Shown: positions 39,781 through 52,480, counted from the stretch's first letter. The stretch is 64,000 nt of DNA from Octopus sinensis (GCF_006345805.1 NC_042997.1:33294001-33358000); one strand, 5' to 3'. Made by a program: numbers and translations. The notes: generated by a model from the letters alone, not told the origin.

Positions 39781-40109
39781 AAGTATCTCTAGCATATAAA
39801 TATAAACAAATTACAGAATATCGGTACACCTGACAAACCGTGGTGCTTAATCAAGAACTCAACTGCCAGTTAAACACATTTGAAATTTGATGATTACGTT
39901 ATATATGAAAGCGCTAATTTAACTTTATGAGCATTACAAAATATTTTTTTAATGTTAAAATACCAAAATAAAAAACTTTAGAACCAGACAATGTTTTAAC
40001 TTTATTCAACTGATATAATATTCTATACACATTCACACAAATTCAAAACAATATATACATGTGTGTGTATGTGTGTGTGTGTGTGGGTGGGTGTGTGTGT
40101 GTGTGTATC

Positions 40110-40300
40110 TGCGCTTGTCCCCCGCTATCGCTTGACAACCGATGTTGGTGTGTTTACGTCCCCGTAACTTAGCGGTTCGGCAAAAGAAACCGATAGAATA
40201 AGCACTGGGCTTACAAAGAATGAGACCTGGAGTCGATTTGTTCGACTAAAGGCGGTGCTCCAGCATGGCCGCAGTCAAATGACCGAAACAAGTAAAAGAA
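40110..40300 (+). mobile_element. SINE-A right arm only
   Basis: Begins after (GT)n and ends with the standard tail. Confidence 0.85.
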
Positions 40301-40436
40301 TATCATATATATATATATATATATATATGATATTCTCTGCTTATAACGGAATATTTTAAAGAAACACTCATTATCACTATGGACTCCGTGTGGGCAGTCA
40401 TCTAAAAGTTTTTGTTCATCATGATGCTGACATAAG

Positions 40437-40535
40437 TTCCTTGTCTTTCCTGATGAGAAGGCGGCATAATGCACTCCTTATTCCTTCGAAATTAGGAATA
40501 TGCAGTCTTCGAAACATATGTCGAGAATAAAGGAA
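40437..40535 (+). ncRNA. Type I hammerhead ribozyme, predicted cleavage after C40522
   Basis: Core CUGAUGA 40450-56, GAAA 40511-14 and GUC 40520-22. Stem II gaaggc/gtcttc. Stem I is 4 bp + 3x3 loop + 6 bp. Stem III is the palindrome acatatgt. Confidence 0.85.
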
Positions 40536-41062
40536 TTTTGTTAAATCGTCGTTCGACTCCATTCTTTCATTTATATATATATATATATATATATATACAT
40601 GTGTTTTTTATGTTTATCGGTAGAAAACGGGTTCCAAGTTGTGGTCCCGAATATCAAACCAGTGATGTAGCTATTTGATAAAACAGAATCGATAAAATAA
40701 GTCCCAGAATAACTTACAAGAGAACTAAAAGTAGAGGAACCTGAAAGGAATAGCGAAGACGATATGATGATACCCATTGTTTTATATCAGTTGCACTTTG
40801 GCATTACATGGTGTCATTGAATCACAGCAAGCGGTATTGTATATATTACAGGCTGTTTTTCGGCTTTCATTTTAATATCTTGCGTAGATTCGTGTAAGCT
40901 TCTTTAGTTATTTGAAGGAGACATGCAAGCAATTTCTCTTATCTTGTTTTTCTTCATTTCGGCAACTTTCCCTGCCATTCACTATTGTATACATATGAAT
41001 GCGAAGATACGTACTCATGTATATACGTACACATACATTCATAAATACATACATACACACAT

Positions 41063-41132
<70 letters not shown>

Positions 41133-41297
41133 TCATGCATATATATATACACACACACATTCATGCATATATATATATAATATATATATATATACACACA
41201 TTCATGCATACATACATACATACATATACATACATATATATATATATATATACACACATTCATGCATATATATACACACACACATTCATGCATACAT

Positions 41298-41338
<41 letters not shown>

Positions 41339-41654
41339 TTCATTCATATATATATATATATATATATATACACATTCATGTATGTATATATATATATATT
41401 ATATATATATACATTCATGCATACATACATATACATACACATTCACGCACGCACATACACACACACATTTGCATTCATGCACACATATATACGCATTTAT
41501 AGATACATTCGTCCATACTTATAAATGCATACACACACACACCTACTTATACAAACACATACATGCGTAGACATGCTTTATCACATACTCATGCATACAT
41601 ACACACAAACTCATACATTCACTGAAGTTAGAAAATACCTACAACACCGAAAAG

Positions 41655-42060
41655 AAGCGTAGCCTCTCTTGGACTTGTGAAATCTATATCATATTCCACG
41701 CAGAAAAATATGCTTTCAAGAGGTAGTTATTAAAATGTGATCAACAAAAGAGATAAGAATACCTCAAAAGTGCCATATTACGATAGAAAATGTTGATTGT
41801 GCAACATCAGTGTGGAAGATATTGCCAAAAAGAGTAGCCTCTCTTGCACCTGTGATAGATAAACAACACACCACATAGAAGGCTATATCTTCACTCGTCA
41901 AAGATTAGATGAATGCAACATACTTTATCAATGAAAGATAAGGATACTCCAGAAGTACTTCGTTGCAATAGAAAATGTCGATTGTGCTCAATTGATACCA
42001 AGACTATTTACAATGTTATATGCAAGAGGGATTGTCCTGATGATCATACAAAAGCAGACG
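41655..42060 (+). pseudogene. Two diverged tandem fragments of an RLE-type LINE zinc-finger region
   Basis: gtagcctctcttg and atagaaaatgt recur at ~176-184 bp spacing. Translations DRKC*LCNISVEDI and KCRLCSIDTKTI. Confidence 0.5.
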
Positions 42061-42074
42061 AGTAGCGGAATATA

Positions 42075-42687
42075 TCTATATATATAAAACTCAACTTGTG
42101 TGTCTGTGTGTTTAACTTCCCGGCACATCTCCTCCTAGCCAACAAATCGTAGAACCACCAAAAATGGGTCACTTAAAGTTTAGGCGAATGAAAATTGAAC
42201 GGCGCTATTTCTGTTCCGAATTCATATCGCAAGTGCAAAAATCGATAATGTGTTTGTTTCGGCCTTATCCCATGCAGTGAATAGTGAACTTTACTCAGTC
42301 AGCTGTTTGAAGTGAACGCGTGCAAGCATGCGTAAATTGCATGAAAAATTAAAAAATCAAGATATAAAAACGAATCGCCGTAAACATTGTAGAAATTCGG
42401 AAAAGAAATGAATTTTCGGGATGTAGCCTGGAGGGTTTTTTCGTATTAATCGTTTGGACTTTGTGAACACATACCGATTGTTTTCATAACATTTTTAACG
42501 CTTTGAATTAAATGTGACCATTTTGCGTTGAGTCTGCAGTTTGAATCACTTTAACCAAATTTTAGCAGGCCGGATTTTTTATCATCACGATACATCGCCA
42601 GCGACTCCCTGAAACTCTCCCCTGAAATATATATATACTCTTTTACTTGTTTCAGTCATTTTGACTGTGGCCGGGTCATAGTGCTAG
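42075..42687 (+). mobile_element. Non-autonomous Helitron with a disrupted 3' hairpin
   Basis: Starts A|TCTATATATATAAAAC and ends gccgggtcatagtgCTAG|T. Confidence 0.75.
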
Positions 42688-42717
42688 TATATATATATAT
42701 ATAACTTTCAAAATAAT

Positions 42718-43169
42718 GTGGTTGTATACTGTCGTGACAGTCCCATGAAGGTAATCATACTACTGCTATTTAGCCCTAGGAAACAACAACGCTTCCTAGG
42801 GCTTTAACACATTTCCTGTGTCCTTATGTTTCCAAGGGGGTGATAAGCACCTCCACCCAGCTAAGCCTGCAATCAGAGACTAGTTTCTGAGCCTTTGCTC
42901 GTCATCAGTCTGGAGTAGCATGGCCTGCTAGTTGGAGACGCCTATCTAGCTCTTGTAAAGAATTCTAGTGAAATAAATTCACTGATTACAAAAATGGAAA
43001 TAATACATTTCTAAATATCTCAGAGAGATTTACGCAGTAGTAGTACGATAAAGTGGCTGTATACTGTCAACTTAATGTGACAGTCCCATGAAGGGAATCA
43101 TTCTGCTGCTATTTAGCCTACTACAGCGTAAATCTCTCTGAGATATTTAGAAATGTATTATTTCTATTT
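42718..43169. mobile_element. PLE-like terminal structure with direct and inverted repeats
   Basis: Direct repeats 42718-42775 and 43053-43118. Inverted arms 42992-43043 and 43118-43169. Contains a minimal hammerhead. Confidence 0.55.
42874..42912 (-). ncRNA. Minimal hammerhead ribozyme motif
   Basis: Minus strand: caga CUGAUGA c gagc aaag gctc a GAAAC UA GUC tctg. Stem III is the palindrome ACUAGU. C.A mismatch at the base of stem II. Confidence 0.65.
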
Positions 43170-44625
43170 CAAAATAATGAAAATTGGTAAACGTTACAAT
43201 AAAAGGAGAAGTACTATTCAAACACAACGGACATGTTTTGTCGGTCAAGGAATAAAAGCCATGAACTGATGTAGCGATCAGCTGCTGTCCACTCGTTGTA
43301 AATATCAAGTCAAAAATTGTGATAAAGGAGAATATACATGTTGAATAAATTTAGAACTTACAACTCTGGTGTCCTGGCTATAAATTCTTATTTATACTCG
43401 TATTATATTTCGTATCCCAGCATATAGATGAGCTGGGATACGTAATAGATTTGTATAAAAGCCGAAAAATGTTTGGGTTTTCCAAAAATGTGCAAACTGA
43501 CTTGTATCTTCCATATGCAATCAGTTAGTAGAACGGTGAAAAGTTTGTAAAGTGTTTTGTTGATAATACATATGAGTTTCCTGGAATGAGTATGATGGAT
43601 CGCCGTCGTTCGACGATGAGGATTCAGTGATTAAATCAACTGAATTACTTGCTGGGGAGATACAAGTGGTACCATGATAGGGTTACGAATTAAGGGCATG
43701 ACATCTCACCAGCAATAGTCAACCATCATCACAACGTCTCCACGTCCTTGGTACCGAGTCTCCATCTCCTTGATGTCCTAATGGAATCGTTCGCCTTCTT
43801 CATCGCTAACATCTCCGAGATTTTCAGGAAAACAATCAAGATGAAGGATAATGCATCAATTAGAATTAGAATAAGGTAACGAACACTGCGTACTGGACGT
43901 ACACAAATGCATAGTAACTGTAGAGATGTTCAATAACTTAGAAACTAGATCTGATAGGTCAAAAAGAGGGTTATATTTGGATTCAGGAGACCGATTTTGT
44001 ATAGGAATGATGTATATTTCCTAAACACCAAAAACCTTGTAGACCAGTGTAATTAACAAGTGTTCAAGGCCTCATATAATATTGGCTCCTGATAGAATTG
44101 TTCATGCTGTAGCTATGTTTAGTTAAAGGAATCAACACCATGCATAATTGAACCTGTCAAGATCGAAAGAATGAATGAATTAATGAATTTACGAAGTTAT
44201 TCTAATTACTGTTGATCCTATGTCGGAATAACTGGACAGTTTCCAATTATCAATAGAATTCCCAAAGAAAGGTGAATTGTCATTTCATTCGCCCGCATAG
44301 AATCGATGATTAATCTCAGCGTATTTGAAATACCAAAACGGTTACGGATATTTTTATGGCTACTGGTGGACATCGTCGACATTTGACGTCATTTAAATAT
44401 TTCAAACTCATTACCTCATCTGCAAAAATTGAAGATATGAAATACTAATTAGAGTAACAAATATGCTGTAAATTGGTTGTCCGTACAGTAGAGATTATAT
44501 TGTAGAGCTGAAATTGCTGAATTGATGAGGTTTGGAGCTTCCAGTTTGCATAAGATTTGATGTAAATCTGTCAAGTTTTTGGGCAGAACGTTTAACTCTA
44601 ACTACGTAAGTATATATAAATCTAG

Positions 44626-44825
44626 GTACTTTATATATATATATATAAAGGGATTTGTATGATTGTGTATAGAGTGATATATATTATTCAAAGGAATTCC
44701 AACTCAGTCTGTTTTTTATGTTTTATTTATATTCTTTATAATATTAATGTAGAATATAAAATATACAGTATAAATTAGTATATATAGTAAAATGAAATGG
44801 AGTATTGATTGTCTTATTGAATAGA
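44626..44825 (+). repeat. Copy 1 of a ~200-bp AT-rich duplication
   Basis: Matches 47118-47323, with 6 substitutions in ~178 bp after the (TA)n run. Confidence 0.95.
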
Positions 44826-44951
44826 TGAAATATTGAATATAAAATATTAAGGGACTAGTATACTTTCTTGCATTAAAGCAGTCTTCAAGGTCCCAGGTTG
44901 TGACAGGATTGTTTCAACTGTGTGTATGTGTGTGTGTATATATATATATAT

Positions 44952-45358
44952 AGGCACAGGAGTGGCTGTGTGGTAAGTAGCTTGCTTACCTACCACATGG
45001 TTCCGGGTTCAGTCCCACTGCGTGGCATCTTGGGTAAGTGTCTTCTACTATAGCCTCGGGCCGACTAAAGCCTTGTGAGTGGATTTGGTAGACGGTAACT
45101 GAAAGAAGCCCGTCGTATATATGTATATATATATATGTGTATGTGTGTTTGTGTCTGTGTTTGTCCCCCTAGCATTGCTTGACAAGCGATGTTGGTGTGT
45201 TTATGTCCCCGTCACTTAGTGGTTCGGCAAAAGAGACCGATAGAATAAGTACTGGGCTTACAAAGAATAAGTCCCGGGGTCGATTTGCTCGACTAAAGGT
45301 GGTGCTCCAGCATGGCCGCAGTCAAATGACTGAAACGAGTAAAAGAGTAAAAAGAGTA
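44952..45358 (+). mobile_element. SINE-A copy
   Basis: Both arms. Confidence 0.9.
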
Positions 45359-45366
45359 TATACAAT

Positions 45367-45590
45367 AATTATAACGATAGAGAATGTGGAGACTGGCACA
45401 TCCTCAAAATTTATTTCCTTTTATTTTACAGTTCGCTTCGAGCCAAGCTCATATGCAACTAGTCCTACTCTGTGCAGCGGAAATACTTGTAGATCGTTGT
45501 AACCATAAAAATATGCTGTATGACATTGTAAATTGAAAGGAAATATATTTTGAGGATGTACCAGTCTCCATATTCTATATAGTTATAACT
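45367..45590. repeat. Fold-back: ~68-bp imperfect inverted arms around an ~87-bp spacer
   Basis: 45367-45434 is the reverse complement of 45522-45590 (ggagactgg.acatcctcaaaat core). Confidence 0.85.
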
Positions 45591-45824
45591 ATTGAAAATA
45601 TACACTCCGGGTAATATTACCATCCAATGAAGCGAACACAGAATTACCCATCGGAGGAACTTACAGCGTGAGTGACAACTCCTAGTAGTCACATACGTTA
45701 AATATTAATCGATGCGGTTAACCGTAACCTGGAACATAGTTGAGAGCTACCACGGTATCAGTCCGGATAGTATATCCCTCTAAACTCACATATGTATGAT
45801 GTGTGTGTGTATGTGTGTATGTAC

Positions 45825-46042
45825 ACTCTTTTATTTGTTTCAGTCATTTGACTGTGGCAATGCTGGAGCACCGCCTTTAGTCGAGCAAATCAACCCCAGG
45901 ACTTATTCTTTGTAAGCCTAGTACTTATTCTATCGGTCTCTTTTTGCCGAACCGCTAAGTTACGGGGATGTAAAGACACCAGCATCGGTTGTCAAGAGAT
46001 GTCGGAGGACAAAGACACACAAACATACACACACACACACAT

Positions 46043-46091
<49 letters not shown>

Positions 46092-46265
46092 CACATATAT
46101 ACGACGGGCTTTTTTCAGTTTCCGTCTACCACATCCACTCACAAGGCTTTGGTCGGCCCGAGGCGATAGTAGAAGTCACTTGCCAAAGGTGCCACGTTGT
46201 GGGACTGAACCCGGAACCATGCGGTTCGTAAGCAAGCTACTTACCACACAGTCACTCTTACGCCC
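45825..46265 (-). mobile_element. SINE-A copy
   Basis: Both arms. Confidence 0.9.
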
Positions 46266-47117
46266 TTGTATGTATGTGTGTCTATGTGTGTGTATGTATG
46301 TATTTTGATGCGAGGGCGCTGTATTTGATTTCCCGTGGACTTCCTTCGGTTTCATACCAGCTGGAGAAAAGCAACATAACTTGAGTGTATCACTCTCGAA
46401 ACACACACAAAATAAAATTTTATAATAATCTCGATCGGTTATCTTTAAAATCACAAGACGTTACCTTCGAGTTTATGGTTCATTTCACTTAAATGTGTTA
46501 AAGACAGTTATACTAAACATCAGAGAGCAAGACGTAAGTCTATTACTCTTGAGGAATTTAATATCTCACTTGATGCCACATCAATGTTTTTGGAAAAGTC
46601 TTTAACATAAACATTTTCACTACTTTATAATTCCTCTAAAATATAAGATCTTGACTCAGTCAATCAGAAAATGTATTAAAGAGGTTTTGGTATTTTAATT
46701 TTGTTTAGAATTTTTTTGCCTCAAAAACTAAAAATATTCAATGTCCAAATATCGAGTTTTATACATTTATGTATTTATTTTAATCATCCTATCACTCGAT
46801 GATGAATTATCGTTGTAATTTGATCAGTTTACTTATAATTAACAAATGTTTTGAGATTCCTTAGAACTTGGATGTATTCCATTCTATATCATGTCATACT
46901 TTACTATATACTAAACAGTATTACGTTTCCATCCTACATACCTTCAATGTGATATGACTGACTAAATGACTAGGAATTTCTTTTGTAAGGAATAAAAACG
47001 AGGAGTTATTTCTATTAATATAAATGGAATACAAGTTTCCAGACAAATCTGCGAACAAATGTGAGCGATAGAACTGTTAAAAACTACCAATAGGTTTTTT
47101 TTAACTGTTACACACAC

Positions 47118-47323
47118 GTACTTTATATATATATATATATATATAAAGGGATTTGTATGATTGTGTATAGAGGGATATATATTATTCAAAGGAATTCCAA
47201 CTCAGTCTGTTTTTTATGTTTTATTTATAGTCTTTATAATATTAATATAGAATATAGAATATACATTATAAATTAGTATATATAGTAAAATGAAATGAAG
47301 TATTGATTGTCTTATTGAATAGA
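47118..47323 (+). repeat. Copy 2 of the ~200-bp AT-rich duplication
   Basis: See 44626-44825. Confidence 0.95.
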
Positions 47324-48853
47324 CACACACACACACTGTCACCCAGCGCAATGTTTATTTGGAGTCGGGTCATGTAGCAACCAGTGAATTTTGTCAAGTT
47401 ACTTTTCAAGGTATTGGTAGTAAATTAATGAAGACTGGAAAAATGGATTCAGTCTATGTGGTAGAGTCCCAATTAAGTGGAATTTATTAGTGGGATGTAT
47501 TCGACATTCTAATCTAGACTTTTGAATATTGGCTGACAAATGGTACTATAGTTATTGTGTATCCGTGTGTGTCTGTGACTATGTGTTTCTATCTGTGTTA
47601 CGCAGGTGTAACGGAATTCTTAATAGCTCACTTTGCAATCACATTAGTTCGGCAAGCTTGGAACTTTGCAATCTTGATTTCGAGAGCCTTACAGCATAGC
47701 CTCGGGTTGCTGAAAATGGCGTAAAAGAGTGATTCAAATTGGATCTGCCATTAAAGATACAAGTGTCTGTGAGATAGTGAGTTACTTACAGCATAATATA
47801 ATACATAGAGAGGGACACATAAAAGTGCGCGCGCGTGCGTATGCCTTGTGTGTTGTTTGTGTAATACTCATCAGAAACAGTGATTCTAAAAGAATGACCA
47901 TGAGGTTGCGTGACCTTTCTCCATAATTTATCGTAGCAAGAAGCTTTGTGATCTAATCAGAATGTCAGCAGTGGCAGCGTGTTTTCTGATAGGTAACAAA
48001 AAATTACGATGTTATTATGTTAGTGTTCGATTAAGGTTGTTTAATACATAGCATAATATTTGAACTTGCTTAATTATGTTAAAAAATTTGATTGTCTTTA
48101 TTTCGTTCCACAAAGTTATTGAAAGTAGAGTTAGATTAAGAGCCATAGAGGCCCTAGGATTTTGGTGCCCCTATGTATGTGTAATTCAAAATATAAACAA
48201 TAATAAACGATAAAATAAATTTCTAGTTTTTAAAATGAAACAAAACTAATAGTGAGATGGAAAATAATGTTTACTTTTGTATACTTCCACTTGTATACTT
48301 ACACCTGAATACTTCCACTTTATATTTGAAAAGTTTTCTCCAATCTTTTTTGATATTTTTTTTATAGCAAAGTCTTTGATCAGATATCGATAGATTTACG
48401 GCTGAGCAAACAGTTAACGGCATGAACAGTCTATTGGCATAACTAGAGGTTCTCTGAAAATAGTTCCAATGGTTAAAAGGCCATTGTAAAATTGGTTAAA
48501 TACCACGGTAAACCCAAGGGACTAAGGGCTAGTGCTTAAATTCGGTTTAACAGTCGTGAAGTAAATGAGAGAAAAAATTCACTATGGATAGTCGCTAGTC
48601 TCTAGCAAGTAATATTCCAAGATGGTTTGGTACCTATTCCATACAGCTAATAGAATAAATAGAATATTCTATTCTGAAACATAAGAGTGATTGATAAGGA
48701 TTCGAACGTAAACCCCTTTTTAGTGCAGAGTTCAAAATCATTCTTTTATCTATTTTCTACCAATAGATCGATAGGGTGGAGTATGCGTGTTGGATTAAAA
48801 CTGTAATCCTTTGCATTGGTCGTAATAGTATTAGTTTATCGCTGCACAAGTTT

Positions 48854-48859
48854 GTGGTG

Positions 48860-48902
<43 letters not shown>

Positions 48903-48915
48903 CAGCAGCAGCAAC

Positions 48916-48965
<50 letters not shown>

Positions 48966-48991
48966 CAGCAACAGTAGTAGTAGTAGTAGTC

Positions 48992-49040
<49 letters not shown>

Positions 49041-49056
49041 CAGCAGCAGCAGCAAC

Positions 49057-49088
<32 letters not shown>

Positions 49089-49140
49089 CAGCAGCAGCAA
49101 CAGTAGTAGTAGTAGTAGTAGTAGTAGTAGCAGCAGCAAC

Positions 49141-49199
<59 letters not shown>

Positions 49200-49218
49200 C
49201 AGCAGCAGCAGCAGCAAC

Positions 49219-49250
<32 letters not shown>
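48854..49250. repeat. Compound trinucleotide repeat (GTA)n with recurrent (GCA)m-ACA blocks
   Basis: Direct inspection. Confidence 0.95.
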
Positions 49251-49902
49251 AGGATGGTGGTGGCGATTGCGTGCAGGTTTGAACCTGTGGATCTGGGTAA
49301 CTGGTGGTTGACAATATGGAGATGAAATCAGAATGAAGAACTGTAAATCCAGAATGTGCACAAGATGAAAAAAAAGAGCCCACAGACACACACAAATAAA
49401 TACAAACAAACAAACATGCGTACAAACGTAACTTAGCGATGCAAAAAAAAATAAACAAAAGCATTTAGTCTTGTCATAAGACATATAGACAGATACATGA
49501 TACTGCATCTGTGTGTGTGTATGCGTGCTTATATTACGTATATGCATGTATACATTTATTGTAGCTGAATATATGCACAAGTATTGTGTGTAGGTGTTAC
49601 ATTTTCAGTGATTGCTAATGGAGCTAGCAATTGCCAAATATGTTACGTCAGTGTTTTAAATACATCCCTCAGGGTTAACTTATCTAGACGTGTCTGATAT
49701 ACAATATCTACAATCAACACGTTACCAGCTTCTTACTAACGACTAATCCTCATCAACTACGTATAGACACATTTAAATGTATTAGCTAAATTAGAAACGT
49801 GATGCTATTGAAAGTTGGCTGAGAAAGTAGAAAACTACACTACAAGCAACTTTGTAACTATTTCAGTTCAAATTCCCAATGGAATCGATTTTTTTCGTTT
49901 AA

Positions 49903-51080
49903 ATTATTATCATTATTACTTCTCTTTATCACAGGTTTTGTTGGAGCTCCTGGTGTCTTACATACAGAGTGAGCTTGCTACCTGCAGCCTACAGTACCAT
50001 GCTATCCATTCTTTTCAGTTATCTAATATTTCCTGATTATTCTGGCCGTGCCAAGGAAGCAAACTTTTTGTTAGTCCTATTGGGCACTCTTTTCCAGTTT
50101 CCTTTATATTCCCCTTGATTGCCTTCTGATACCGTTCTCAAGGACCCAATAATAATTTGTACTATATTCACCATCTTCATTTCCCATAGTCGAGTTATTT
50201 CGTACTTAAGGTGGTTGTATTTATCTATTTTTTTGCCTTCCTTCTTGACTATTCGTGGGTCAAAGGGACATGTAACAACTATATAGCACAAGTGCTGCAT
50301 CTTGTCCACCACCACTGGGTCCGGTCTGTTATGCCCTAGTACCTAATCTGTTTGAATTGGGAAATCTCAGAGGATTTTGCTACCCTCCAACTCCGTCATT
50401 CTCTGCGGTTTGTGTTCATACCACATCTTGTCTCTTTCTAGCCCCCTCTTTTCGCACAGTTTCCCATGTCGCACTTTCGCTACATGATCATGTCGCTACA
50501 ACTTGTACTGGTTTGGGGCAAGTCTAGGGTATTCGTTCGTGATATGGGCAATGGTTTCATCCACTCCATTGCAGATGCGGCACAGCGGAGCCACTTGCTC
50601 ATTCCTAAGGTTGACCCTCCAGTTCGTGGCCAAAGCTTGGTCTTGCGTTGCCAGTATAGCGCTCTCAGTCTCTTTTTTTTTTAGTATTCCTTTCATCAGC
50701 CAATCCCACCTATTTTTTCTAGCAGCTTCTATTGTAGCTGCATGGAATTGATTGTGTAGCCCCTTCTTGCGTGCTTCGTCTTCATGTCCTTTTTCTATTT
50801 CTTCCTTTGTTTTCCCCTTTTTCTCTGCTCTCAATACTCCCTCTTTCCTAACTATCACTAGCAAGGTTTTCCTACTTTCAGCTAGGTATCTCATTAGCCT
50901 CTCGAGTTCGATACGCACGCAGTCTTCCACATTTATCAGTTTCCTTCCTTCATTTGCTCTCTTCATGTAAAGGCAATCACTATCTGCACGTGGATGATGG
51001 GCTCCATGAATCGTTAGGAGCTTTCTTGATTTCCTGGCCACTCCTTTAGCTCCCCCTCCGTCCACTTCAGTATTCCAGCG
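49903..51080 (-). mobile_element. R4/Dong-like RLE non-LTR retrotransposon, 3' part
   Basis: ETESAILATQDQAL, CRIC...ETIAHI zinc finger, HNRPD..VVDK restriction-like endonuclease motif and KYNHLKYEITRLW. Ends in taataatgataataat. Confidence 0.85.
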
Positions 51081-51094
51081 CCATATTATTATTA

Positions 51095-51725
51095 ATTATT
51101 ATTCGCTGAAATAAGTATCAGTAATGCACTGGGATCAATATAATCGACTAGTCCTCTTCTCCCCAAAACTTTTCAAGGCCTTGTGCCCAGAGTAGAAATA
51201 ATAATAATTATTATTATTATTATTATTATATTATTATTATTATTATTGGCAAGCTGGTAGGATCCTCAGAGCATCGGAAAATGCATTGCGAATTCAAATT
51301 CCTCCGTGGTCGACTTTCATTCTTTTACGGGATCAGTAAAATAAAGTGCAAGTCAAGTACTGGAGTCGATGGTGTCGATGACTACACTGGAAAAATTTCA
51401 GGCCTTGTACCTGTAGTAGAAAGGACTATTATATCAGTCAAAAGTTACGGATTTTATCTTTCCCAGGTGATCTCCATTTATGATTAGTAGTAGCATTATT
51501 AAGGCGGCAAGCTAGCAGAATAGTTAGCATGCGGGACAAAATACTTAGCGACATTTCGTCACTCATTACGTTCTGAGTTCAAATACTGCGTGGTCGACTC
51601 TGCATTTCATTCTTTCGGGGTCGATAAAATAAGCACCGATTGAGTACTGGGGTCCATATAATCGACTTAAAATTCCTCTCAAAATTTCAGGCTTTGTGCC
51701 TATAATAGAAAAGATTATTATTATT
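51095..51725 (+). mobile_element. Chain of three SINE-B copies/fragments separated by (ATT)n
   Basis: Heads at ~51248 and ~51500. Each tail is followed by attatt. Confidence 0.8.
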
Positions 51726-52480
51726 TATTATTGCTAATAGTAGTAGTAGTAGTAGTAGTAGTTGTTGTTGTTGTTGTTGTTGTTTATGATTTTAGGCATA
51801 TATATCAAGAGATTCCTTTCTTACATCACAAAGGATTAGGTACATTTTGGAAGACACGCATACAGCTATTTCAGATTAACTACTGCTTTGTAAAGAACGG
51901 TCTTACAACATTCATAGAGCTGAGTAATGCGATTATCTAGAATGTGTCTCTCAGTAACCTCTCGATGCTTTTACAAATTGATTGTGCAAAATTTCTGATG
52001 TACCAATTACAAATAGGATTATGGATACATTTCTCATATGTCATAATTTTATTTCAAAAGCTATATCCGTGTAATTTCTTAATTTTTCAGCGCGTATTTC
52101 TTGCACAATGTTTAAGTTGATATCGTTGCATCAATTATTAAAACACTATCGTTATTTCTGTCAGGGGTGATTATGTCAGTATAATATCATAATTGGTTTG
52201 CTTTGTTCTATAGAGAAACGGCCATTTAATTGCGTCCTTTTACATTTTGAGTTCAAAACCCGTCGAGAGAATTTCCTGCCTTTCATGCTTTTGGGATTAA
52301 TAACACAAGTATCAATACACCACTGGGATTAATTTAATTAACACACATTAAAAAAAAAAAAACTTATGAACTTGTCCAATTAATGGAAACGCATTGTTGC
52401 TGCCTTTTATATTTCCTCTTTGTACTGTTCTCATCGTTTGATTCCTCTTGACCAATGAAATAAATCCTCAAATTGTTGCG

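Noticed and set aside
44395-44445. Possible 5-nt microexon tttttgcag|ATGAG|gtaatg (minus, 44415-44419)
   Set aside because: Short motifs expected by chance in 64 kb, and no host gene to anchor it.
49903-49990. R4/Dong 3' end as partner of the standard SINE-B tail
   Set aside because: No similarity beyond the shared TAA/ATT repeat.
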